Source: a virus
Taxonomy: Duplodnaviria; Caudoviricetes
IMG/VR virus record: IMGVR_UViG_3300028888_000052
Length of the DNA stretch: 64,000 nucleotides
Direction: 5' to 3' (one strand)
Part shown: positions 42,289-54,700 of the stretch, in pieces
Layout: the number at the start of each line of letters is the position of its first letter
Position numbering within the stretch: the stretch's first letter is position 1
The notes under the pieces: model-generated
Databases searched by the model: none
Seen by the model: the letters and a program-made list of their open reading frames with translations, nothing else
What the model was told of the DNA's origin: nothing
Translations under genes and position numbers: made by a program

Positions 42289-43616
42289 ATGCTTAAGTAC
42301 ACTACAAAGGACACAGAAAAAATGGTTGATGTTTTTGCTTTTCTTGCAGAGAAGCAAAATAACCAAGAAGAAATCGGAAACAAGATTAAGCAACTTCTCG
42401 ATTATCCTGTACCCGTTCTTCAGGAGTTTTTGAAATGTATGGAGGTTCTTAGTGATAAGGATCAGAATTATCTCAAAGAGAATTATATGGGAGTAGTTGC
42501 TTATGTTACAATGCGATTAAATTTATTTGATTATAATAAATAAGTATAAATTAAAATTTTATTTGAATTTTTTTAATAATATTCTATATTTATATTGTAA
42601 TTAAATAAATTAAAATTATGCCAGTAATTTATCCAAAAGCAATTCGTAGAAAGTTTAGTTCTTTGAATCTCGAAAAGGTTAAGGAAAGTCTTCTCAATAA
42701 TGGATATGAATTCGTACGAGATGGCGGTTTTCGTCCTGAGGATGAGCCTTTCAAGTTTTCTAATTATCTTTTTTATTTGCATCCTAAGACTAAGGTAGCT
42801 ATACGAGTTGGATATAATTATCCTTTGATTGGAAATAAGAATGTTATTTTTGAGATTTGTTATGCTAAGACAAATGATAAATGTTGGAATGATGTTACTC
42901 CTGACTTTTCTAGAAATTGTTGGAGAGAGGTAAGTGATTGGTATGAAAAGGATGAGAATGGTAAATCGGTAAAAAAGAACTAATATGAATGAAAATATTA
43001 CAGGACGTAAAGATTGGTTTTTTGAACCAAATCCGGTAATGGGTGATAGTGGTACTCCTGTTAATGTTATATTGGAAGAGGAAGGACGTCGACTTATTGA
43101 AGTTGTATTACCATTTAATAGTTATCCAACATATTATATTCAGAAGACTTATGTTAATCCTGTTACTGGTAGAGGTCATTGGATAGATGTTCATTATGAT
43201 CGTTCAAAGAATAAAATGATAAGAAGATTTAGAGGTTTATGAGAGATAGAAATTTTCGTCGTAAGCAAGAAGCTAAGCATTTTAAGAAGAGAGTAGAAAC
43301 TTCTGTAGCACTCGGTAGATATACTAAAATTACAAATGATGGTGGAGTAATTATTACTGTTCCTATTTCTACTTATAAATCTCAACAACCTTGGATATGT
43401 CAATCTGATATAAAAAATGTTGATAAGAATAAGTATAAGCGTTGGAAGTTTGCATTAAAAAATGATTCAATGCCATCAGAGATTTCTTCTTGGTCAAAGA
43501 GATATTGTAGACGTATTAGACGTCATTTTCAAAAATTGGTAGATTATAAGCTCCCTGATAAAATGTGGATGGTTAGAGGAGATGTATTGAATTATGAAGA
43601 TAGGGTCAGTCAATAA
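42289..43616 (+). other. Four hypothetical early ORFs
   Basis: Co-directional ORFs 42289, 42618, 42985, 43239. Confidence 0.7.
42560..42600 (+). promoter_or_regulatory. Repeated early promoter
   Basis: tatttgaa-N16-ctatatttatattgtaa. Confidence 0.8.
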
Positions 43617-43621
43617 AAATT

Positions 43622-43960
43622 ATGACATTTGCAACAAGAGAAGAGTTTAAAAAACAAGTATTTGCAAAAACAAATGGGAAATGCTGTGTTCCTGGATGTA
43701 CTTGTGATGCCGTAGATGCCCATCATATTTTAGATAGACATTTATGGTATCATGGAGGTTATATACTTTCTAATGGAGCGGCATTATGTGAAAAACATCA
43801 TCTTGATGCTGAAAAGGGCGTAATTACTCCTAAACAATGTATTGAATATATGCACATATCTCCTAAGGATATTCAGAAGCCTGATGAGATTAAAAGCTTA
43901 TCTTTTGGTGAATATTATGAATTGCTTATGGATGGCAAAATAAATAAATGGGGTGAATGA
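43622..43960 (+). CDS. HNH endonuclease (type usually linked to RNA ligase)
   Basis: REEFKKQVFAKTNGKCCVPGC...DAHHILDRHLW..GGY.LSNGAALCEKHHLDAE. Confidence 0.85.
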   Translation: MTFATREEFKKQVFAKTNGKCCVPGCTCDAVDAHHILDRHLWYHGGYILSNGAALCEKHHLDAEKGVITPKQCIEYMHISPKDIQKPDEIKSLSFGEYYELLMDGKINKWGE

Positions 43961-44730
43961 AACGTAAAGATTATGAAAATTATAAATGGTACCCAGTTAC
44001 TGATGAAACATATTGGGTAGAAGAATATTGTGATGAATTTCCTAATTGCAAGACGATAGTTAGAGATACCACTGGAGTAAAATATGATATGCCTGTACAA
44101 ATTTTAACAGAAAACCATTGTTATCTTGGGTGGGGTACCATGGCTAAATCTCCAGAATATTATTCATTTATGATAGTTGAAGTATGAAAAGGGTTGTCCA
44201 ATATATTGCAAAGGATCCATATTATTCGGATATTACACAAACTTATATTGGTTATGATTCTTGGGAAATAGATAATATTCAATATGAAACTGAAGAAGCA
44301 ATGAAAGGAGATTACCCATCTATATATAATGTATATGATGTGAAAGTTATTTATTCTGATGAAGATATATAAATTATGAAGAAAGATTTATCAATTCAAA
44401 CTAAATATTATGAATGGCAATGGAATACCAATGATAAACCTAAAGAAATAATTCTTGATAAGGAAAATTGGTATTTAGTTCAAATAGATGCATCTATTAG
44501 GTATATTTTTCATAAGTATAATTTGACAATTCCTAAATATGCTTTGGTTAAGACAATTAATGATAAACATATTATAGAAATTGCCAGACCTAATATCTTT
44601 AATATTAAAGACTTCATCACACTTGAAAATGCTCTTATAGATGTTAATAATGAACTTAAACAAGCACTTATTGCTAATGAAGTAGAAGATAAATTGCAAT
44701 TTAAAGTAATATAAAAATAACAAATAAATT

Positions 44731-45066
44731 ATGAGTACACGTTGTCATACAATTGTAACTAAGAATGGCCAGGAAGCTTTTATCTACAGGCATTGTGATG
44801 GTTATCCTTCAGGAGCAGGAGAAGACTTAAAAGCCTTTATTAATGAAAATAAAGATAATCTTGAAAATTGGTCAGTAAATGATTTTGGGGCTGAACTCCA
44901 AAATTATGAATGTGGATATGAATTTGAAAATTATGGAGTTCATGGTGATGAAGATTATGTTTATTTTGTAGATTTGGATAATAAAGTACTTGAATGCTAT
45001 AAATCAAAAGATGATGCATCATCTTATAAGTCAGATATGGAATTCAAATATAAAGAAAACTTTTAG
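44731..45066 (+). CDS. Conserved phage hypothetical protein
   Basis: MSTRC...IYRHCDGYP.GAG.DL...HGDEDYVY, a motif common in phages. Confidence 0.65.
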   Translation: MSTRCHTIVTKNGQEAFIYRHCDGYPSGAGEDLKAFINENKDNLENWSVNDFGAELQNYECGYEFENYGVHGDEDYVYFVDLDNKVLECYKSKDDASSYKSDMEFKYKENF

Positions 45067-45071
45067 AATAT

Positions 45072-45112
45072 TATTTGAATTTTAACAAAAAGTGTCTATA
45101 TTATAAATGTAA
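45072..45112 (+). promoter_or_regulatory. Repeated early promoter (implies the next ORF starts at ATG 45129)
   Basis: tatttgaa-N16-ctatattataaatgtaa. Confidence 0.75.
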
Positions 45113-45128
45113 AACAAAACATTATAAT

Positions 45129-45458
45129 ATGGACACTTTCGTTTTATTATTTGTAATTTTTATAGTTACTTTTACAATTGGTTTTGGAGTTTATGAGTAC
45201 ATAGATACCAAACGTGAAAATGAAAGACGTAGAAAAGAACAAGAAGAGTATGAAAGAAAAATGAAAGATCCTGAATATCGTAAGAAAAAACTTCAGGAAT
45301 TTCTTGATGGAATAGATCATTTTAATAAACATTATTCTCCGGGTATGGATTTGAGTGGTCCTTCTCATTATACACCTTCTCATTCTTATCATGATGATTT
45401 TTGGGATTCTTCTAATGTAATGAGTCCTTTATGTCCTTGGGGAATATATAATCAATAA
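45129..45458 (+). CDS. Membrane-anchored hypothetical protein
   Basis: N-terminal TM (FVLLFVIFIVTFTIGFGVY) followed by a charged helix. Confidence 0.65.
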   Translation: MDTFVLLFVIFIVTFTIGFGVYEYIDTKRENERRRKEQEEYERKMKDPEYRKKKLQEFLDGIDHFNKHYSPGMDLSGPSHYTPSHSYHDDFWDSSNVMSPLCPWGIYNQ

Positions 45459-46927
45459 TTAATTAAATTAGAATATGAAACAGACAATTATAACACCACT
45501 TAGTAAATTTCCAACAGAAGTAATTTTACATTTCTATCGTAAGAATAGACTTTGTCATACTAACTATAGAATGTATAAAGAAGTTTATAATTGGAAAACT
45601 AAAAAGACAGAATATTGGATTCCTTTTTATGGTCCTTTTGAAAAAGATGGTTATAAAGTGGATAGTATGATTATTGGTTATACAAAATCAACTGGAGAGG
45701 AATGCCATAAAAAGTTTACAACTGTTAAAAGTAAACAAGATTCTCATTGGGATTGGTGTGAAGATGATTTTTGGTGTGGTGATAAAGTAAACTTTAAATT
45801 TGAAGGATTTTATTGGGAAGGAAAAATCCAAGATCTTAAAGATGAGCTTGCAAAACGTGAGCATGTAGGTATCTTTAATAACAAAGATTATCGTAAATGG
45901 TTGATCAATTATAGAAAGAATAATAAAAATGGAAAGTTACGAAGAGTTTAAAAAGAGTTTCTTGGAAGTTATAAAAGTTCAAGGAGATAAAGAAGGTTGG
46001 AATTCAGTTTGTTGCCAAACCACTAGTATGGGAAAAAATTCTTATACTTGGGCAGAGGTCTGGGAAGGATTAGTAAATGAAACTGGACTTTTTGGTAATG
46101 TAATAAGAAATTATTATAAGTATGCAAGCGAAAAATCTAACGCCAAGGTATGAGATAATATTTCGCGGGGCTTCTTTCAAAAATCGTTGTATTGAAGTTT
46201 ATCTTCCTGAGTATAAGCATTCACAATTTATAGTGAAACATCCAGTAGGGTCAAAATATCTTTTTGGATTTACTTCAGATGAATTTTGGAGATCCCATCC
46301 TGATTTAGAAAAAGAAGTACGAGAAATATGTTTTGATATTGCATTTAAACATCTTAGTTTTGTTGTGGGATGGGATTTTAGAAAAGAATATAATGATTAT
46401 ACTTGGTGGAGTTATGCTGTTAAAGAATGGAAAGATGAAGGTTATATAACTGTAACTGATGAACAATTTAATATTGCTTTAAAATCTTTCTATAATAAAT
46501 ATATAAGAGAAAAGGGAAAAAGAGTTTATACTTATATAGAAGAAAATGACTAAGATAATGTTTATAACTGTGTGCATATTATTTTGTATTAGTGTAATAT
46601 GCACTATATTTGATCCATCATGGATTAATTTTTCAAATAATCTTATTTGTTTGGCTTGTTGTTATTGGTGTTGGATTAGTTACCAGAATATTAAGAATAC
46701 AAATCAAGAAATAAAAAATTTAGAAACGTGTCTACAGAAAAAATGAGTAAGGATGAATTGATAGAATTATCTTTAGGATTTTTTGAATGTTTTATAAATA
46801 GATTTCAATATATAGAAAAGCATTTGCATTCTAATAATATTGATTTAATGGAACATGATTTAAATAATCTTAAAGGTGAAGCAATTCGTTCTTATGATTT
46901 TATAAAATATTATAAAGATAAAGTAAT

Positions 46928-47635
46928 ATGAAATATCCACGAACATATCATTTACCTTATTCTCCTGGAGCTACTAAAGATGATAAGAAGCTTCAGGATG
47001 GATGGTTTGAAAATTATAGAGGAAAAGAAATTGTCATAACAGAAAAACTTGATGGTGAAAATATTCACATGACCGATAGAGATTGTTATGCCCGTTCTGA
47101 TGGAGCACCAACTCGTTCACCTTGGTCAAGAAATATTTGGGACCCACAATATGGTCTTTATTGGAAAATCCAGAAATATATAGGTCCTAATGAAACTATA
47201 TTTGGTGAGAATCTTTTTGGAGAACATTCTATAATCTATGAACGATTAACTAAATATTTTCATTTGTTTGCCGTAAATGATGGTTTTAATTGGTATTCTT
47301 GGGATAGTGTAAAGATGTTTGCCACTATTATGGGTATACCACATGTACCAGAATTATGGAGAGGTGTAGTTGCTGATGAGGATAGTTTGAAAACTTTAGT
47401 AAATTATTATACTAAAGAACCTTCATTATATGGTAATACAAGAGAAGGTGTTGTTGTTAGAGTTACTGGGTTCTTTCCATTAGAAGATTTTTCTAAGAAT
47501 GTTTGTAAGTGGGTTAGACCTAATCATGTACAAACTGATGAACATTGGACCAAAAACTGGAAAGTAGCAAAAATATATAATGACCCTTATGATAATAAGA
47601 TAATGCATGATGGTCAACATTTTGAAATATATTAA
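46928..47635 (+). CDS. ATP-dependent RNA ligase family protein (Rnl2-like)
   Basis: KYPRTYHLPYSPG...DDK, TEKLDGEN (KxDG), GENL...HSI.Y, REGVVVR, KWVRPNHVQTDEHW. Confidence 0.9.
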   Translation: MKYPRTYHLPYSPGATKDDKKLQDGWFENYRGKEIVITEKLDGENIHMTDRDCYARSDGAPTRSPWSRNIWDPQYGLYWKIQKYIGPNETIFGENLFGEHSIIYERLTKYFHLFAVNDGFNWYSWDSVKMFATIMGIPHVPELWRGVVADEDSLKTLVNYYTKEPSLYGNTREGVVVRVTGFFPLEDFSKNVCKWVRPNHVQTDEHWTKNWKVAKIYNDPYDNKIMHDGQHFEIY

Positions 47636-48062
47636 ATTAAATATGGAAAATGTATTAGATACAATAAAAGATTTAGGAATGTTAAATCACCCAGCACCAA
47701 ATTGGGAAGGTACAGTTGATTCTACAGATGATTGTTTTATATGGTTAGCTGTAGATTCAAATGGTAATGAAAGAATGACAACTTGTGAAAAAGGATTCCA
47801 AAGATTTTCTCCAAAGCTTTATCATAGTAAATATTCAATAGATCCAGAAATAAGAAAAGCATCTTGGATAGAACAAAAGAAAATATGTTCTTATAATGAT
47901 ACTCAAATGAGAGATGACCATTGGGTAGAAATACCTAATGAAGGAGATATTGGCAAATTTGGTGCACCTCCAACATGGGCATATTTGCCAAAAGGATCTA
48001 TTAAGAAACTTATTGGGAGAGAATTAACTTGGGATGATGAACCAGTAAAATATAAAGGATAA
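47607..48062 (+). CDS. Conserved Bacteroidales-phage hypothetical protein
   Basis: WLAVDSNG.E ... LPKGSIKKLIGRELTWDDEPV motif. Confidence 0.6.
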   Translation: MMVNILKYIKLNMENVLDTIKDLGMLNHPAPNWEGTVDSTDDCFIWLAVDSNGNERMTTCEKGFQRFSPKLYHSKYSIDPEIRKASWIEQKKICSYNDTQMRDDHWVEIPNEGDIGKFGAPPTWAYLPKGSIKKLIGRELTWDDEPVKYKG

Positions 48063-49399
48063 TTATGGAAGCATTTACAGATAATTTTACAAGTTGCTTT
48101 TGGTATTTGTTTATGCCAATTTGTCTTCTAATGATGTGTTATCTTTGGTATGATATGTTTGGTTCTGATAAACGAAAGCCAAAATATCGATTAGATAAAG
48201 ATGGATATTTGCAATTTTATTATCGCAGATATTCATGTTGGTTTGATTTTCCATTATGGAATGATAATAATGATGAACGAAAAGTAGAAGTTCATGATAG
48301 AGTTAGAGATTTAGATTATACTATTTCTTATATTGGCCCAGGTAGAGCTAAAATAAAATATTTATTTGATAACAACGCACCAATAACAAGAGATTTTATA
48401 ACAGATCATTTTAGAAAAACATATCCAGAATTTAAGAATTCTGAACAACTTTTTCAACTACATAATTTATATGTAGATAAAGAAAATGCTATATTAAATA
48501 AAATAGTAAAGGACCATATATTTAAAGCTCATGAAAGTAACAGTTGATAATATTGCAAATATTGAATATATTTATGACTATTATAATGTAGAAAATGGAA
48601 ATGGAATTTTAAAATCTTTAATGGTTGATTTGAAAGAATTAAATGAAATGCTTGTCAAGAAGAATCAATCAAATAAACAAATTTATATTGATTATGAAAA
48701 TAAGCATACAGAATATTCTCCTGAACGTACTGACCCATGCCCAGATTATTATGGAATGTTTTCATTAAGATTTGAAAAGAATCCTTATGAAAAGATTGGA
48801 GATATAATGACATTAAATGAATTAGATGATGCCATTTGTCTTTTAAGTAATTTTATAGAATTTGGATAATAATGGAAAATAAGTTAATTATACATGATTT
48901 CTTAGGAAAACCTTTAATTGTATGCCCATACCAATTTGAAAAATGTGAATATCAATTTCCTTGTGGAGATGGCGCATTTTTAGGTTGTACTTGTGATGAA
49001 TGCTATGAATTTGAAAAGTGTATAAAGAAATGTTAGAAGGAGAAGATGAGTCAATAATTGATTTTGAATTTAGTAATTTTATATCTCATGTATTTGATAG
49101 TTGTGAATCAAATCGAGGAGATATTATGAAATATCTTTCAAAATTTTTATTAAAAGAAGCAGTATTTTATGAAGATGAAGCAAAAGATTATGATTCCTAA
49201 AGATGAAAATGGTATTTGGGATTTATCAAACATAAATATTAAAAAAATAAAATTTAGTATACCTTATAAATGACAATAGAACAAGCTAAAGAATTGATAT
49301 ATGATGTATGTCCACACGGGAATGATTGTAATTTTCCTTGCGAACATTGCCAGAGATTTAAAGAATTATTAAAATGTGATTATCCAGAAGAATTTAATT

Positions 49400-50131
49400 A
49401 TGAATAAAGAAGAAAGAAGACAAATTGCTGAAAAGCATTTTATTGCAATGAAAAATCCAATGATTGAAGCTTTGACCAAGAAGTCTCAACAAGATTCAAT
49501 CATATATGACGATATTATTACTTTTGATAATGATATAGAAATTATAGATTCTACTACAGAAAAAGCAATATTTGATTTATATGGTCAAATTCCTTGTGTA
49601 TTGAATTTCGCAAGTTTTACAAGGCCTGGTGGAGGCTTTATTAAAGGTTCTATAGCTCAAGAAGAAGCATTATGTCATGTAAGTAATCTTTATAATGTTC
49701 TTTTAGGATTTGTAGATGAATATAATGAGAATTATAATAAGCCATCCTTTAATAGTGGTCTTTATGATAATTGGGCTATTTATTCACCTAATGTTTATTT
49801 CAAAATTGATAAAGTGGATAAACGTGCTAATGTTATAACTTGTGCAGCACCTAATTATAATGTATATAAAGAAAAATCAGATAATGAAGCACTTTATGAT
49901 GAAGTTCTTAGATCTAGAATTAAATATATTTTAGATATTGCTTATGCAAATGATCAAAAGATATTAGTTCTTGGGGCTTTTGGTTGTGGAGTATTTGGCA
50001 ATGATCCTTATAAAGTTGCATTACATTTCAAGATGTTATTAAGAAACTATAAATTCAAAAAGGTAATATTTGCAATACCAAATTCTTCTAATGGTAATTA
50101 TGAAGCATTCAAAAAAATTTTTGAGAAATGA
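49400..50131 (+). CDS. Bacterial-type PARG macrodomain (TIGR02452/DUF2263-like)
   Basis: VLNFAS..RPGGGF.KGS.AQEEALC, IYSPNV, VITCAAPN, LVLGAFGCGVFGNDP. Confidence 0.9.
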   Translation: MNKEERRQIAEKHFIAMKNPMIEALTKKSQQDSIIYDDIITFDNDIEIIDSTTEKAIFDLYGQIPCVLNFASFTRPGGGFIKGSIAQEEALCHVSNLYNVLLGFVDEYNENYNKPSFNSGLYDNWAIYSPNVYFKIDKVDKRANVITCAAPNYNVYKEKSDNEALYDEVLRSRIKYILDIAYANDQKILVLGAFGCGVFGNDPYKVALHFKMLLRNYKFKKVIFAIPNSSNGNYEAFKKIFEK

Positions 50132-50790
50132 ATAAAGAAATATTAAATAAAATACAAGACGAACAAGATTATCCTGTAAAAATTACTTTTGAAGTAATTT
50201 GTGATTCAGATACAAGTATGCAGGAAGGAGAATCAATTAAAGAACGTATATTGGGTTATATTGATCAATGTTCTGATGCAATGGATGATTCAATGAGACA
50301 TTGGGGAGATCATAGTCATGATATTGAACCAATGAAAGTTGAATTATATGATGAGGACGAAAATTTAATTGATGTAACAAATGATGTACTTGGTGAAGAA
50401 AGAGATTTTACTATTGATGAATTGTGTGATAAATTGAATGAATTACTTAAAATAGTTAAAAAATATTCTATTAAGTTTGCAAATATAGATTATCCGGTAT
50501 TAATGGATAAACCCGATGATTTATTATCATTTAGAGTACAAACAACTTTAGGAAAATATTTACATACTGATGAACCAAGATATAGTGATCCAACATATTG
50601 GATATATCCAGAAGGTGTAGAAGAAAAAATTAAGGACGATAAAAAATATAAAGTTTATTATTCTACAAGAGATGCGGCAGATCCAGCTGATAGTACAACT
50701 TGGAATTATGTAAAATATATTAAAGAGGTTATGGATAAAAAACAAGATATATCTAATAAATTATTAAGTATCTTAAATTTATTAAAATAA
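50128..50790 (+). CDS. Hypothetical protein
   Basis: 220-aa acidic ORF. Confidence 0.7.
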   Translation: MNKEILNKIQDEQDYPVKITFEVICDSDTSMQEGESIKERILGYIDQCSDAMDDSMRHWGDHSHDIEPMKVELYDEDENLIDVTNDVLGEERDFTIDELCDKLNELLKIVKKYSIKFANIDYPVLMDKPDDLLSFRVQTTLGKYLHTDEPRYSDPTYWIYPEGVEEKIKDDKKYKVYYSTRDAADPADSTTWNYVKYIKEVMDKKQDISNKLLSILNLLK

Positions 50791-50806
50791 TTTAATAAAA
50801 TCGTTT

Positions 50807-51193
50807 ATGCAATCCTTATTAGAAAGTATAATGAGTATTAAAATTCCTCAAGTAAAAAGGAATGCTCTTCTTATAACTCTCCCAAGTTCTATTAAATGGG
50901 AAGATTATGAAAAAGAATTAAAAGCTGTGGAAGATGAATCCCAAGTAATGAATTTCAAAGTTCCATTCTTGCCAAAGAATATTCATCATCTTAAAAGAGT
51001 TTATTTAGTATATAAAGGAAATATTGTTGGGTGGCAAAAATTTGTTGGTACTTCGGATAAACCATTTAAATGTACAACAACTGATAAGAATTGGGAAGGT
51101 AAATTTATTCAAAGAACCGGACCATTTCATAAAATAGAACCAATTCCTTGTGTAGGATTTCAAGGATTTAGATATTATGGATATGAGGAGTAG
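50807..51193 (+). CDS. Hypothetical protein, possible PUA/ASCH-like fold
   Basis: RVYLVYKGNIVGW...PIPCVGFQGFRYY. Confidence 0.45.
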   Translation: MQSLLESIMSIKIPQVKRNALLITLPSSIKWEDYEKELKAVEDESQVMNFKVPFLPKNIHHLKRVYLVYKGNIVGWQKFVGTSDKPFKCTTTDKNWEGKFIQRTGPFHKIEPIPCVGFQGFRYYGYEE

Positions 51194-51306
51194 TTCATGT
51201 TTTATTGTAGGTGCTGAAACTGCAGAATATTTACAAAAATTAATGTATGAAGCAGAATTAGAAGCATATAAAAAATCTAAAAAAAGAAAAAAGCATAAAA
51301 AGAAAT

Positions 51307-51720
51307 ATGGAACTTAAATTTGAAATAAAAAATCATCCATATGATAGTGAGGTCTTAAAATTATTAGGAGATTGGAAAGTTCTTATGGGTGATAAAAAAG
51401 ATCAAAAAGAATTACCAAAACCAGAAAATGTAGAATTAAAAGAATGTGTTAAGAAATTTATATCATATTATCAACAAGGTATATTTAATTATCAAGAAGA
51501 AATACATCCTTATTTATGGTGGATATCAGAACACATTTGGGCATTTAGAGCTCATAACCTAAATAATTCTTTTGATGTTGTTTTTGTTGATACAAATAAT
51601 TGGAAAGCTACATATTTCTATAATTGTAAATTAGGCCATAATGATTCTATTGATTATAATAATGAATCACCACAAGAATTGAATCTTACACTTAAATATG
51701 ATTATTTCAAAGAATTATGA
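51307..51720 (+). CDS. Hypothetical protein with tail-tube-like C-terminus
   Basis: FYNC.....IDYNNESPQELNLTLKYDYF resembles gp19-family C-terminal strands. Confidence 0.4.
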   Translation: MELKFEIKNHPYDSEVLKLLGDWKVLMGDKKDQKELPKPENVELKECVKKFISYYQQGIFNYQEEIHPYLWWISEHIWAFRAHNLNNSFDVVFVDTNNWKATYFYNCKLGHNDSIDYNNESPQELNLTLKYDYFKEL

Positions 51721-54700
51721 AAATAAATACTAGTTGGTCACAAGATGATTGGAATAAAGCCTTAAAGAAAGTTTGGGAATTATCCAGGAATTTTGAAGAG
51801 ATATTGGAATTTGGATTAGAGCATGGTTTTATAACAAATGCTGATATTATTCATGCTTCTGATATTTATCACGACCCTAATAAAGAATATGATGAAGGAG
51901 AGATTGATGATTTCGTAAAATCTGTACCATTATCAGACCTTATGAGATCAATACAAGATGAATATGATCTTTATGATATTTTAGATGAATTACCAAAGAA
52001 TGAAATTTTGGATGAGTTCGATAAAGATGATTTATTAGATAAATTAGATGGATCTTGGGAATTAGATGCTCATGACAATGAAATTAAAGAACAAGTTTAT
52101 AAAGAATATGTGGATGAATGGGTTGAAGAAATGAAAGCCCGTAATAAAGAATATATAGAAAACTTATGGAATGCAAATGGTGATGATTTACATACATTAA
52201 TTTGTGATACTATAGGTTGTGGTTATTATGACCAAGAAGGATTAATGAAAGGATTGAAGAGATTAAAAAAGGAAAAGTTAAATAAAAATACATATGGTAT
52301 AAAATATGAGGAATAAAATATTTGTTATTATCTTTTCAATGTTTCTATTTTTATCTTGTAGTGGAAGAAATTCTATTATATCAAATATAGTAGGAGATCC
52401 TATAGATTCTACAATGATAGGTAAATATAAAACTACATATGTGGTTTATTATGGTTATGGAGAATCACAATCAGATGTTATATATTCAAATAAAGAAGTT
52501 TATACATGTTCATTTCAAGGAACAAACTTTTTATTAGAAAAGGATAATACAGAAGAAATTTTATCTACAACTGCACCAATTAGAATTGTTAAATCAGAAA
52601 TAGTTAAATAATATGGACAAGGAATTTATTCAAGAACGTATCGAAGCTTTGCAATCAGATAATAAGCTTTGTTTTAAACAAACTAATGAGATAATTGAAA
52701 TTGCTTATAGAGCTGCTATAGATGATATCTCCAGTGAAGTAGGTAATAAAACAGTGAAGAATTCTGATAGTCAATCAAAATTAAAAGCTGCATTATCTAA
52801 AGTTGAAGAATTAGAATTAGAATTGGAAAAGGCTAATCAATTAAACCAAGAACTAAAAACAAAAAGTGTTTCAAAGAAATTTGGTACTAAAACTAATCCA
52901 GAAACTAAATTTACAAATAAGACAATAGAAGAAAAATATTGGGTACTCACTGGTAAGTTAGATTCATTGAATAAAGTTTTTGATTGGATTTATTATGACA
53001 AGAAAGATTTAATGACTATTTATAGTGAACTGAAAAATCTAATTAGTCAATTAAACGATCAAAAGGAAAGTATAAGTATTAGTAGACGATGAAAGATTAT
53101 TATGAATGTGGTTATGGGTGGAATCCTTTAATACAAAAAGTAAAAAGAGTCATTCATAAATATAATTTAAAGCATAAAAATGATAAAGATTTTGAACCAC
53201 TTAGATTTTCCCAAGTGAAAGAGAAATGGGGTGCTTTAACTATATACACAAATTATTATGTACCAAGAGTTACAAAATATATAAGAAAAGTTGAATACGA
53301 ATCTTATAAAGTTTGTGAACAATGTGGTACTAGAAAAAATAATGTTCATTGTGAACGTACTCATGGTTGGTATATGACTTTATGTGATAAATGTAGGAAA
53401 GAAGAAATAGAAAGACATAATAAGAATATTTAAATGAAAATTTGGTTAAATGATTTAAAAAAAGACGATATATTTTATCATATTGTTTTAAGAAAAGTAT
53501 GGAAATGCAAACATTTAGGAGATGCTCATAATATGAATTATAGAATGCCTTCTATTAAATTTAAGTTTTTAGGAGGATGGCCTAAAGAATTAGAAGAAGT
53601 ATTAGGTAATGTGCATAGCGCTTTTGTTAATCAATATGTTTATGATAATGAAGAAGAAGCAAAAGAGGCTCTTATGGATAAATTAAAAAAAGAACTTCTT
53701 GATACTCAAATGAAAATAATCAACACAAAAGTTAGATTAAATGAACTAGAAGGACAAGAATTAGAAATTAAAAAATTATTAGAGAATGACCAACAAAACC
53801 TTAAAGAAAATATCTGAAAATCCTAATCTTATAGCATTTTGTAATAAAATTTTAGGATATAATACAATATTAGAAAATGAAACATCACGTAATATGTTTT
53901 TAGTATCTTTAATTAGTGCAGATACTTTAATTGATGAACATGCTTGTGATGATACAATTAATATATGTAATTTTATTTTATTTAACATGGATTTAATGAT
54001 GTTAGAAGAAGATGTGAAGAAAAGTGCCATAACTTATTTGAAAAAGGGAATTAGAATAGCTAAAAGAGATAAGAAACAATTTAATAGTAAATAATATGGA
54101 TAAATATTGGGTAAAAGATATTGAAAAACAATTTAGTTCTTATAATGCTGAAGAGTTAGATAAAATTATAGAAATAGCTAATAAACTTAAAAAGACAGCT
54201 AAGTCAAAACCAGAATTCTTAGATGTAATTCGTGAATATGTAAAAGATAAACCAGGAGTTACATTGATTTGTACTGGATATGTAGGTAAAGGTGCTTGGG
54301 AATCAGAAGGTGAATGTTTTTCTGAAAATTGGTACAATATTGATGAAAGAGAAATTGGTGGATTATTTGGTGAAAAGGGTAGAGAAGGTGACCCAGATCA
54401 TCTATTAAATAAATTCTCTACTAAAGAAGATTTTGTTAATGCTTGTGTTAATTCTATTTGGAATAGAAATGAAATAATGAAATTGACCAAAAACTCTTTG
54501 CACATGCCAGAATGGAAAGATAGTGATGCCGCTGATCTTTCTAATGGAGATTGTTCATATGAATTTATAGATATTAATACTAAAAAAATATATTGGATCA
54601 CTAATAATGCTTATGACTGATTATTATTCAAATGATACAGGTATAGTAGAATGGTCAGAATATCAATCTAAAACAGAAGCACCTGTTTTTTCTGAACCGA

